In this document: positions 9,841 through 18,366 of the stretch, one piece after another
Numbering within the stretch: the stretch's first letter is position 1
How the letters are laid out: every line of letters begins with the position of its first letter
Source: Microcystis aeruginosa NIES-843
GTDB taxonomy: Bacteria > Cyanobacteriota > Cyanobacteriia > Cyanobacteriales > Microcystaceae
Reading direction: 5' to 3'
Assembly (NCBI RefSeq): GCF_000010625.1
Contig: NC_010296.1
Span: 270,001-302,000, forward strand
Length of the DNA: 32,000 bases
The notes under the pieces: model-generated
Seen by the model: only the letters and a program-made list of their open reading frames with translations
Database searches by the model: none
Told to the model about the DNA's origin: nothing
Made by a program: the position numbers and the translations under genes

Positions 9841-10593
9841 ATGAAATTTGGGATTGATATGGGTCATAATTGCCCACCTCATGACATTGGCGCATCGGGA
9901 GTTAGACAGGAAGATGTTGTTATTAAAGAGGTGGGTACTCGCCTAATTGCTAAATTAGCCGCAGCGGGTCATTCAGTAATTAACTGCACCCCGACCAGTG
10001 CCGTTAGTCTTAATGATTCTTTGCGAAAAAGAGCCAATAAAGCCAATAGTAATAACGTTGATATTTTTGTTTCTATTCACTTTAATGCCTTTAACAAAAA
10101 GGCAGTGGGAGCGGAGGTTTATGGTATTAGTCAAACTTCTCAAGCGATCGCTAAATCAGTTTTGACGGAAATTGTCAAGCTAGGATTTAAAAATAGAGGA
10201 GTAAAAAATACCCGTTTTTCTGTGTTGGTAAATACTTCAATGCCGGCGATTTTAATTGAATGTTGCTTTGTGGATTCCCAAGCAGACATGGATCTTTTTG
10301 ATGCAGAAAAGATGGCAGAAGCGATTAAAGTTGGTTTAATTGGGGATGCTGATGACAACTCTACACCAGAGCCAGCTACCCTAAGAATTACTCAAAAAAC
10401 TGTTCTTAAACCCTCCACAGAACAATCCTCTGAATTAGAGGCAAGTACTTTAGTTGAGATTGAACCGGGAGATTATGCCGTGTTGGATGTGCGCTTGGAA
10501 GAAAGACATTTTTGGGTGAAATGGCCTGATAAAAGTCAGGCTAATCGAGATGAACATTTCATTTTTGAGGAATTTGCCGAAATCGTGCAATAG
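9841..10593 (+). CDS. N-acetylmuramoyl-L-alanine amidase (Amidase_3 / CwlC-PlyPSA type) with a C-terminal SH3-like beta domain
   Basis: Motifs in order: GIDMGHN...D.GA, EDVVIKEVG..L...L, RANKANSNNVDIFVSIHFNA, GAEVY, NRGVK...FSVL, MPAILIECCFVDS. These give the colinear Amidase_3 pattern including the Zn-ligand H/E/H positions. A strong RBS (ggaggt) lies 6 nt before the ATG. There is no signal peptide. Confidence 0.85.
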   Translation: MKFGIDMGHNCPPHDIGASGVRQEDVVIKEVGTRLIAKLAAAGHSVINCTPTSAVSLNDSLRKRANKANSNNVDIFVSIHFNAFNKKAVGAEVYGISQTSQAIAKSVLTEIVKLGFKNRGVKNTRFSVLVNTSMPAILIECCFVDSQADMDLFDAEKMAEAIKVGLIGDADDNSTPEPATLRITQKTVLKPSTEQSSELEASTLVEIEPGDYAVLDVRLEERHFWVKWPDKSQANRDEHFIFEEFAEIVQ

Positions 10594-10678
10594 ACAGAAA
10601 TTTCTCGATTTATTTCTCAAAATAAAGGGAAATATATCAGCGAAATAATTGATTTTCTACCGCTCACAGGAGAAAGCA

Positions 10679-12229
10679 ATGGCTTTACTAGATGACTTAG
10701 TTCAACGATATGCTCAAGCTGATTTGTCCATAATTTTTCGAGAAGTTGACGCTACCGATAATCGGCAAGTTAACTTAACTGCAATTCCTCCCGATCATTT
10801 TAGTCATTTAAAAGAAGTTTCTCTCGCTCAATGGCTATTAGAGTCCGCCAGAGCCACCAGTAAACTAGCCGAGGAACAGAAAAACTTCGCCGGTTTAAAA
10901 TGGCGCAACGAAATGACTCCCTTTGCTACTCCTAAATCGATTAAAGTACCTTCTGAATCGGAAGCGATGGACTTTTGTTTATTCACGGATATTGACAAAT
11001 TTCTGCGAGGTTATTGGAAATTTTTAACCCGTGAACCCTATAAAGGATTAGAAGAAAATACTCAAACTCCTGAAAACTTTATCGGTTTTATTCAAAGTAA
11101 AGGCTTTGCTGCCGATATAAGTTATATCAGCAAAGTGTTAAAACTTGTTCCCGAAGCGAGGACTTTACTAGCAAAAGCCAACGGAATTGTTATTCCACCA
11201 CCCCCCGATACCTTACAAGTAACCAGTTTTCCCAAGGAAGTGGAAGTGGGACAAAGTTTTCGGATTGAAGGAACCGCCGCCGCTGCCGACAAAGGCAAAA
11301 AACTCACCGTTTTAATTGATAATCAATTCCCCCTAGATGATATTAAAATAGAAGAAGGAGGAGAATGGAAAGCCGAATTTGTCTTCTTACAAGCAGGCAA
11401 TCGCATTGTTAAAATAGCCATTGATAATCAAAGTGTAGAAATCAAAATCAAGGCTTCTCCACCAAAGGCAACAGGTGCAGTTACCCTGAATTTAACGGGA
11501 AGTGTCGGATTAGGAGGAATCAACCGAACAGCCGATAAGATTGCGGTTAAACAGCGATTACATTCCCTCGGCTATACTTTTGTCGGTGATCCTAATAGTG
11601 CAGCCTTGAATACAGGTTTCATTCTTGCTATTAAATTATTTCAATCGATTATTGCAGGGAGAGAAACTCTAGGTGGAGATGGACGAATAGATGTGGACAA
11701 TACCACTCAGAAATGGTTAGAAGCAGCCAATGCACCTCGTTGGCAAACCATGCCCGATAGTAATCCTTCTATTAGCTTAATTAATCATGAGAAAAATCAA
11801 ACTAATGATGATCATGATTTTGGAACAAGTTGGTTAGCAGATGCCATCTTAGAAATTGCTGCTGACTATCATAATACATTCCGAGTTTCTAATCCTAGTA
11901 GTGCCGCTTTTTCTATTAATGATGTTAGTAAACCCACAGGAGGAGACACCCCCCAACACGCAGGCCATGAAACGGGTTTAATGTGTGATGTAAGGCTTCC
12001 GCGCACGGATGGACAACATGGCGGAATCACTTGGGAAAGTGACAATTTTGACCGCACCGCAGCACGCGCTCTGATTAAAGCCATGAGACGACAAAAACTG
12101 GTTAGTCAAGTGTTTTTTAATGACGCGACCCTGAGAGATGAAACTTTTTTGGGACAAAAACTATGCAATTTTGCTCCCGGTCATGATCACCACATTCACT
12201 TTGCTATTCGCCCTCCCGTGAGAGCTTAG
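10679..12229 (+). CDS. Multidomain wall hydrolase: unknown N-domain, Ig-like domain, PG_binding_1-like domain and an LAS/M74 (MepA-like) metallo-endopeptidase domain
   Basis: The C-terminus has HAGHETGLMCDV and HDHHIHFAI, matching the H-x-H..G.D.D and H-x-H zinc motifs of penicillin-insensitive murein endopeptidase and LAS enzymes. The middle region AVKQRLHSLGYTFVGDPNSAALNTGFILAIKLFQ resembles a PG_binding_1 helix bundle. I prefer the ATG at 10679 (aggaga RBS) over the TTG at 10649. There is no signal peptide. Confidence 0.65.
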   Translation: MALLDDLVQRYAQADLSIIFREVDATDNRQVNLTAIPPDHFSHLKEVSLAQWLLESARATSKLAEEQKNFAGLKWRNEMTPFATPKSIKVPSESEAMDFCLFTDIDKFLRGYWKFLTREPYKGLEENTQTPENFIGFIQSKGFAADISYISKVLKLVPEARTLLAKANGIVIPPPPDTLQVTSFPKEVEVGQSFRIEGTAAAADKGKKLTVLIDNQFPLDDIKIEEGGEWKAEFVFLQAGNRIVKIAIDNQSVEIKIKASPPKATGAVTLNLTGSVGLGGINRTADKIAVKQRLHSLGYTFVGDPNSAALNTGFILAIKLFQSIIAGRETLGGDGRIDVDNTTQKWLEAANAPRWQTMPDSNPSISLINHEKNQTNDDHDFGTSWLADAILEIAADYHNTFRVSNPSSAAFSINDVSKPTGGDTPQHAGHETGLMCDVRLPRTDGQHGGITWESDNFDRTAARALIKAMRRQKLVSQVFFNDATLRDETFLGQKLCNFAPGHDHHIHFAIRPPVRA

Positions 12230-12278
12230 TTTCATTCATTGACTAACCAGATAATTGCATAATTGAGAGGTAAAAATT

Positions 12279-13181
12279 ATGGGAATTGTACCGACAACAT
12301 GGATGCCTAACTGTTCGATGAAAAGAATCATTATTCACTGGACGGCAGGGGGACATAAAGCCTCTAGCAGCGATAAATCTCATTATCATATTTTAATCGA
12401 GGATGATGGTAACTTAGTGCGGGGAACTCACTCAATTAAAGATAATGTTTCCACCGCAGATAATGTTTATGCGGCTCATACAGCACTGTTTAATACGGGT
12501 TCAATCGGAGTTAGCGTCTGTTGTATGAGTGGTGCGGTGGAAAAACCATTTAAAGCAGGAAGTTTTCCGATGACACAAACCCAATGGGAAACCATGGCGC
12601 AGGTAGTAGCAGAACTCTGTGATTTTTACGATATTGAAGTAACAGCTAAAACCGTTTTAGGTCATGGAGAAGTAGAACGTGAGTTTCCTAATAAACCCCA
12701 ACGCGGAAAATGGGATCCAATGGTTTTACCCTGGGATACATCCTTAAGTAAAAGACAGGTGGGAGATCAATTTAGAACCCTAGTCAAAACGAAATTAACG
12801 GGCGTTTCTGGTTTAGTGGAAACTCCAGCTAGTATCACAGCAGTTATTCAAGGAAAACCCTTCCGAGAAGCGCAGATATTTAATGAAAAAAGTATCGTCA
12901 AGATTCGTCCTTTGCTAGATACTTTTAATTGGAAAATTATTACTGCCAATGATCAAGAAGTGATGGAATTAAAATTTGCTGATGGGGAAGAGGCAAAATC
13001 CTTAGGATTTTTGCTGATTGAACACAGCAATAACCCGATGGATATCCCCGAGGGAACTAGCCAAGGAGAAATTATCAAGAAAATTGAACAATTCGGCTTT
13101 GTGAAAGTAGTAGATTTGGCGCAAGCACTGAATCTTTCTGTAACTTGGGATGGCACAACTCGGACAGTAACAATTGAGTAA
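12279..13181 (+). CDS. N-acetylmuramoyl-L-alanine amidase (Amidase_2 / PGRP-T7 lysozyme fold) with a C-terminal copper-amine-oxidase-N-like stalk domain
   Basis: Amidase_2 order of motifs: IIIHWTAG, SHYHILIEDDGNLVRG, NTGSIGVSVC, VLGHGEV......KWDP. The C-terminal LAQALNLSVTWDGTTRTVTI is the typical end of the stalk domain. There is no signal peptide. Confidence 0.75.
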   Translation: MGIVPTTWMPNCSMKRIIIHWTAGGHKASSSDKSHYHILIEDDGNLVRGTHSIKDNVSTADNVYAAHTALFNTGSIGVSVCCMSGAVEKPFKAGSFPMTQTQWETMAQVVAELCDFYDIEVTAKTVLGHGEVEREFPNKPQRGKWDPMVLPWDTSLSKRQVGDQFRTLVKTKLTGVSGLVETPASITAVIQGKPFREAQIFNEKSIVKIRPLLDTFNWKIITANDQEVMELKFADGEEAKSLGFLLIEHSNNPMDIPEGTSQGEIIKKIEQFGFVKVVDLAQALNLSVTWDGTTRTVTIE

Positions 13182-13768
13182 AGATCGATAACTTCAGGAG
13201 ATAATTTTATGCAAAACTACACGATTAAATCGGGAGATACCCTCAGAGGAATTGCTTTAAAATTTTATGGTGATGCTTCAAAGTTTGTGGTAATTCAAGA
13301 AGCCAATGATATTGCCAATCCTAATCAAATTTCCGTGGGACAAGTTTTAGAAATTCCCGAGCTTGCCGATGACAATGACAATAATCCCCTAGAAAATTTT
13401 CATCGGGCTTTTCCTAATAGTGTACGCTGGCGATTGGCAGAAGATGGAGTGGAAATTGAAGGTAGCGGCATTGAGCGAACCAGTGGTCAACCGGCGACTG
13501 CTACTAAAATTTGGAATAATTTTTCTGATGAAATTAATCAATGGTCAAAACATTTTAATGTGCCAGCAGTAATTATTATTGCCACCATTGCCACAGAATC
13601 GAACGGAAAAGCAGACGCTATCCGCAAAGAACCGGGTTATGTATCTGATTCTATCACCCCTCATTTGATCAGTGTTGGCTTAATGCAAACATTAATTTCT
13701 ACGGCCAGAGGTACATTACATAATTCAACCATCGATCGAGATGACTTAAAAAATGCCAGTATTTCTAT

Positions 13769-15841
13769 CCCACATTCCGCACCCTCAACTGTCACATAAG
13801 CTGTCCCCCGCCAGAGACTTGAGTAAAAATACTTAGCTGGTGAAGGTTTTCTCGGTGGCCGCTAGGGGGGCTTTGAGACCCTAATTATGAAAAAATAGGA
13901 ATTGTTGGAAAACTGAGGCGAGTGGACTGTTCGACCATGAATCAATCAACAGAAATTGAAGTCAAAAATCTAGACCATCTGGGATTAGTAGCCGGAATTA
14001 TCGATGAAATAGGAATCGTTGAAATTATCAACGAACAAGTCTCAATTGAGCGAGGAGAAATTGTCACAGCGGGGCAAGTAGTGAAAGCAATTATCCTGAA
14101 TGGATTGGGATTTGTCTCCCGAGCCTTGTATTTATTTCCTCAATTTTTTGAAGATAAAGCAACCGAACATCTGCTGGGAGAAGGCATCGAAGCAAAACAC
14201 CTGAATGATGATAAAATTGGTCGAGTAATGGACAAACTTTATCAACTGGATGTTTCGGGTATTTTCCTACTCATCAGTTTAGCCGCCGTGAAAAAATTTG
14301 GTGTAGCAACCGAGAACTCCCATTTAGATTCGACTTCTCTATCAGTAGAAGGAGAATATAAAAAGGAATACCCAACAGTAGAAATCCTGAAATCAGGAGC
14401 AGTGGGAGAAGAAATTGAAACCAGACAACAGCCAATAAAAATTACCTACGGATACTCCCGCGACCGAAGACCTGACTTAAAACAATTTATGATTGACTTA
14501 ATCGTAAGTGGGGATGGAGATGTACCTTTATTCCTGAAAGTAGGGGACGGAAATGAAGCGGACAAAGCAGTTTTTGGTCAAATCGCCCGAGAATTTAAAA
14601 AACAAGTTGACTTTGACAGTTTAATAGTCGGCGATAGCGCCCTCTATAGCAAAGAGAATTTAAAACTAATGAGAGAAATGCGTTGGTTGTCTCGAGTACC
14701 ATTAAGCATCAAAGAGGCTCAAGAGTTAGTCGATAGCATCTCAGAAAAAGAGTTAACCGATTCAGAAATACCGGGTTATTCCTGGCGGGAAACAAGCTCT
14801 AACTATGGGGGGATAGAACAAAGATGGTTGCTAGTTGAAAGTCAAGCTAGACAAGAATCAGACTTGAAAAAATTAGAGAAAAAAATCGAGCAGGAAAAGA
14901 ATTCTGCCCAAGAAAAAATCCGGCAACTATCCCGAAGAGAATTTGAGAATAGAGCGGTGGCGTTGGCGATAGCCAAAGGATTATCTGACTCCTTAAAATC
15001 TCATCAGTTAACGGAGATTAAAGTCAATCTCATTCCGCCTGAGTCCCAGGGGTCAAAACTCAAATCAAAAGACGATTTACCCTCTCAAAGCTATCAAGTT
15101 CAAGCCGAATTAGAGTTGAATTTGGCAGCGATTGAGAGGCTAAAGAAACGAGCAGGACGATTCGTTTTAGCAACTAACGATTTGGAGAAAAAACGATTGA
15201 GCAGTGAGGATATACTCAAAAAATATAAGGGGCAACAAGCTCCAGAAAGAGGATTTTCTTTTCTCAAAGACCCCTGCTTTTTTGCTGACAGTGTCTTTCT
15301 CAAATCTCCCCATAGAATCGAGGTCATGGCCATGCTCATGGGCTTGTGCCTGCTGGTTTATACTATTGGTCAAAGACAACTTCGTTTAAGTTTAAAACAG
15401 CAGGAGACGGGACTGAAAAATCCGTTGGGTAAGTTAACTGACCGACCGACGTTACGCTGGATATTTCAGGGCTTTCAAGGGATTCATCTCGTCCGTATTC
15501 AAGACAATCAAAAGATTAGCAACTTAACGGATGAGAGGCGCAACATTTTGAGATTTTTTCCCAAACCTTGCCAAGAATATTATCTCTTATCTTGACCAGA
15601 TGGATTGACTTCAAGGGGTGACAAAACAAAGCGAGCAACTGGAACATCTCCCCCTAGATGTTAAGTCTGATTGCCTAGTCATTCTCAACAAGCACTGTTT
15701 ATTGAGAATGACCGGGGGAACTCTGAAATTTTCGGCTTAGTTGCCGGCAGCTTGCCGCCAACTCACTCCTCTAGATAAGTATTTTGACTCGCGCCCCTTC
15801 CTCTTTTGAGACGTTGTGACACTTAGGGTGCGGAATGTGGG
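13769..15841 (+). mobile_element. IS4-superfamily (IS1634-like) insertion sequence, 2073 bp, with a 6-bp TSD
   Basis: The terminal inverted repeats share the same 17 nt: cccacattccgcaccct at 13769 and its reverse complement ending at 15841. The match extends imperfectly to about 28 nt (..tgtcaca). A TTCTAT direct duplication lies at 13763-13768 and 15842-15847. The element holds a single transposase ORF. Confidence 0.85.
13937..15595 (+). CDS. IS1634/IS4-family DDE transposase
   Basis: N-terminal LDHLGLVAGIIDEIGIVEIINE is typical of IS1634-group transposases. It is about 550 aa, has a central coiled-coil K/E-rich insertion, and lies between the TIRs. I prefer the ATG at 13937 over the GTG at 13922. 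Confidence 0.75.
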   Translation: MNQSTEIEVKNLDHLGLVAGIIDEIGIVEIINEQVSIERGEIVTAGQVVKAIILNGLGFVSRALYLFPQFFEDKATEHLLGEGIEAKHLNDDKIGRVMDKLYQLDVSGIFLLISLAAVKKFGVATENSHLDSTSLSVEGEYKKEYPTVEILKSGAVGEEIETRQQPIKITYGYSRDRRPDLKQFMIDLIVSGDGDVPLFLKVGDGNEADKAVFGQIAREFKKQVDFDSLIVGDSALYSKENLKLMREMRWLSRVPLSIKEAQELVDSISEKELTDSEIPGYSWRETSSNYGGIEQRWLLVESQARQESDLKKLEKKIEQEKNSAQEKIRQLSRREFENRAVALAIAKGLSDSLKSHQLTEIKVNLIPPESQGSKLKSKDDLPSQSYQVQAELELNLAAIERLKKRAGRFVLATNDLEKKRLSSEDILKKYKGQQAPERGFSFLKDPCFFADSVFLKSPHRIEVMAMLMGLCLLVYTIGQRQLRLSLKQQETGLKNPLGKLTDRPTLRWIFQGFQGIHLVRIQDNQKISNLTDERRNILRFFPKPCQEYYLLS

Positions 15842-16244
15842 TTCTATTAAAGCAGGAACGTCATTTATTGCCGATCAACGCTTGAAAACTTTGTTAGATC
15901 CGCCCAAAGTTGCCTGTGCTTATAATGCTGGTTCTCTATTTGAAAACAAAAATTCCAATAATCGTTGGCGAATGCGTCAATTTCCCATTGGTACTTCCGC
16001 ACACTGCGATCGCTTTATTAAATTCTTTAACGATGCAGTCTTTGTTTTGAAAGGAACCACCACGCCTGTTAGCGTCGGCTATCAACAATTTTATCTAGCT
16101 TGATTTCCTCGCCTGTCTTGGGGTTCTGATCATCAATTCAGCTTGCGGCTCTCAAGCATCAATTTTAGTCAGTCATGTCCAGTTATCTAGTTAGAAGAAA
16201 TTTGTCTTTCTATTTATTTCAAGATTTCAAGGAGTGGTAAAGCT

Positions 16245-17153
16245 GTGTTATTCAAGCTTTTTCAGCGATTCATGATCTTTGGATTTACTTTAGTAATAAT
16301 CTTATTTTTTCAAGCAAAAATCCAAGCTCAAACCGTTTGTCAAATAGTACCGACTTCTCAGATTTCTTCTATCGATCAGGCTAAATGTTTATTACGTCAA
16401 CCCAAGATTTTTGGGAATGTGGGACCAACTTTAACCAGTTTACCTGCTCCGTTTGATCAACTCTTAACTAGACCTACCATTGATATCAGTAAAGAGCAAT
16501 TAAGACGATATCTACAAGCTCAAGGAATTAACGAAGCAGACATTGGCGGTTCATTAGATAAACCTGTCTCACGAACCAATAATAATAATCCCAGGGCAGA
16601 GTTGGCTCGTTATTTTATTATTCATGATACCAGTACCCCTAATTTGGGCAATGATACCTTTCCCAATAATATTAATGAAGCTAGTTGGGAATTTAATAAT
16701 TTCAATAAATATGGCAGTGGTGACAATTCTCCCGCTCATATCATTATTAATCGAGTAGGACAATCCGTCACTCGTAAGGATTTTAATACCCCTTGGCGTT
16801 CTACCAGACGAGAATCGGAGCAATTTTGTGGGGTGAATAAATGTAAGGGTTTATTCTTAGCAGTTGAATTAGTTCAACCTAGAAAATGTCAACCAAACTC
16901 TGGTCAAACACAGTGTTCTCCACCCAGAAAAAATGATGCTAAATCGCCAGATCCCGGCTTTACCAAAGCTCAATTAGATCGCCTAGCAGTTGTTTATATT
17001 GCGGCCAGTGTACGGCGCGGAAAATGGTTAATTCCTGCTTTTCATGTTGTTCTTGATCAAATCGTACCGGGTGGACATGATGACCCTCAGAATTTTAACC
17101 TAGATCAATGGTCAAAACAACTCAATGACATTTTAACTGAAATTCGTTCTTAG
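16245..17153 (+). CDS. Secreted AmpD-like / Amidase_2-like putative peptidoglycan amidase
   Basis: Signal peptide (..FFQAKIQA-QT). FIIHDTS, PAHIIINRVGQ, LAVELVQ and FHVVLDQIVPGGHDDPQNFNLDQW are colinear with AmpD IVIH.., H..I.R.G, IGIEL.G and GH.D....K.DPG..FDW. The spacing and one ligand context differ, so the call is tentative. Confidence 0.5.
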   Translation: MLFKLFQRFMIFGFTLVIILFFQAKIQAQTVCQIVPTSQISSIDQAKCLLRQPKIFGNVGPTLTSLPAPFDQLLTRPTIDISKEQLRRYLQAQGINEADIGGSLDKPVSRTNNNNPRAELARYFIIHDTSTPNLGNDTFPNNINEASWEFNNFNKYGSGDNSPAHIIINRVGQSVTRKDFNTPWRSTRRESEQFCGVNKCKGLFLAVELVQPRKCQPNSGQTQCSPPRKNDAKSPDPGFTKAQLDRLAVVYIAASVRRGKWLIPAFHVVLDQIVPGGHDDPQNFNLDQWSKQLNDILTEIRS

Positions 17154-17162
17154 GAGTTAATT

Positions 17163-18323
17163 ATGAACAAATATTTGAGACAATTATTACTAACTATTGC
17201 AGTAATTTATCTAATTCTAATGAGTAGTTTTCTCTCTCCAGCATTCGCACAAGTTAGCTACACCCCTCCTGCTCAGTCGGCGAGTGTTTTACGAGATATT
17301 CCATTCAATCAAGCTGTTCCGGTTGATGAAGCCTATCGCAAAGAATTTGAAAACTGCGATCAAAAAGATACTTTTAGAGGATTTTCTCTACCAATTATTA
17401 GAAGATGTAAGAACGATCCTAATAATGTTAAAGCCTTGTTAAAATTATCAGACGGAACAATTTTTATCGAATCGAAATTGAGTTTAGATATCGATGGCTC
17501 ATGGTTAGCGTGTAAAGGACAAGGCGCGCCGACTTCTCAATGCCCAACATCTTTTTCTTGGCCAACGGAAACCCAAGAACCTAATAAATTTGTTGATCCT
17601 GATAACTTTGCTTATATCGTCAATCCAGTATCTAATTTTCAAAAAAGTAATGATCCCGGTGGAAATCAATTATTTGAAAAGAAAACAGGGGTTAAGTTAG
17701 GAGATTTAGGAGTAGTTGTTTACAAAAATAAGGTGGTTCCTGTATTCGTCGCTGATAGCGGCCCTTATAATAAATTAGGCGAAGGTTCATCCTTACTTCA
17801 TCAATTGATTGGTGAAGATAAATGTAAACCGGGTAAACGAAGAACGGACGGAAAAACTCGCACTGATAAGCGATGGACAAGTGATGTTCATTGTACTGAA
17901 TACAAGAATGTTAGTGTGGAAGATAAAGTTCTCTTTTTTATCTTTCCCAACTCTAAAATTCCGAATTTGAGTCCTGCGAATGCCACGAACAAAATCAATA
18001 CAGAAGCTTTAAAACGCTTTGAAAACCTCAAGGATAATCGTCAAGGGGTGATTCAACTCAATCAACCTCAATCAGGACAAAGTTTTGCTGTTAATACTGC
18101 CGTGACATTTTCTGGTACTGCTAACCCAGAAGTTTCCCGAATTAAAGTCAGTATCGGTCTTGGAGGTCTCTTTGAAATTGCCGACCTCAAAAATATTAAA
18201 AAAAACTGGACTTTTGAGCAAGTTTTTAACACAAAAGGGATCGATAGACCTGTGACTATTCAACCTTTCAATGCTACAGATAAACCGCTTAAACCTCTGA
18301 ATTTTACGATTACCATTCAATAG
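17163..18323 (+). CDS. Secreted GH75 (chitosanase-family)-like protein with a C-terminal Ig-like domain
   Basis: Signal peptide (..SPAFA-QV). LSLDIDGSW, AYIVNP and GDLGVVVYKNKVVPVFVADSGPYNKLGEGSSLLHQLIG are colinear with the fungal GH75 blocks DMDVDCDG, PFIVIP and ...GILGDSNG....GEAS (catalytic D/E pair retained). The start overlaps an RBS coupled to the upstream stop (9-nt gap). Confidence 0.55.
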   Translation: MNKYLRQLLLTIAVIYLILMSSFLSPAFAQVSYTPPAQSASVLRDIPFNQAVPVDEAYRKEFENCDQKDTFRGFSLPIIRRCKNDPNNVKALLKLSDGTIFIESKLSLDIDGSWLACKGQGAPTSQCPTSFSWPTETQEPNKFVDPDNFAYIVNPVSNFQKSNDPGGNQLFEKKTGVKLGDLGVVVYKNKVVPVFVADSGPYNKLGEGSSLLHQLIGEDKCKPGKRRTDGKTRTDKRWTSDVHCTEYKNVSVEDKVLFFIFPNSKIPNLSPANATNKINTEALKRFENLKDNRQGVIQLNQPQSGQSFAVNTAVTFSGTANPEVSRIKVSIGLGGLFEIADLKNIKKNWTFEQVFNTKGIDRPVTIQPFNATDKPLKPLNFTITIQ

Positions 18324-18366
18324 TTCATTCTGTTCTTTTGTATTGACTTTCAGGAGAATTAAACCC

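Larger units (their letters stand above)
13209..16103 (+). pseudogene. LysM + SLT-domain lytic transglycosylase gene, split by an IS insertion
   Basis: N-terminal LysM: YTIKSGDTLRGIALKFYGD....IQEANDI.NPNQISVGQVLEIP. SLT motif I (ATESNG, the E-S motif) and motif II (GLMQ) lie before the IS. Motif III (AYNAGS) lies after it, in the ORF-track entry 15816..16103. Removing 13769..15847 (the IS plus one TSD copy) joins the two parts in frame (...NASISIKAGTSFIADQ...) to give a protein of about 271 aa. Confidence 0.85.

Noticed and set aside
15816-16103. 95-aa ORF that looks like an independent small gene after the IS
   Set aside because: It is the 3' part (SLT motif III, AYNAGS) of the LysM-SLT gene split by the IS. 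Its apparent start lies inside the IS terminal repeat.
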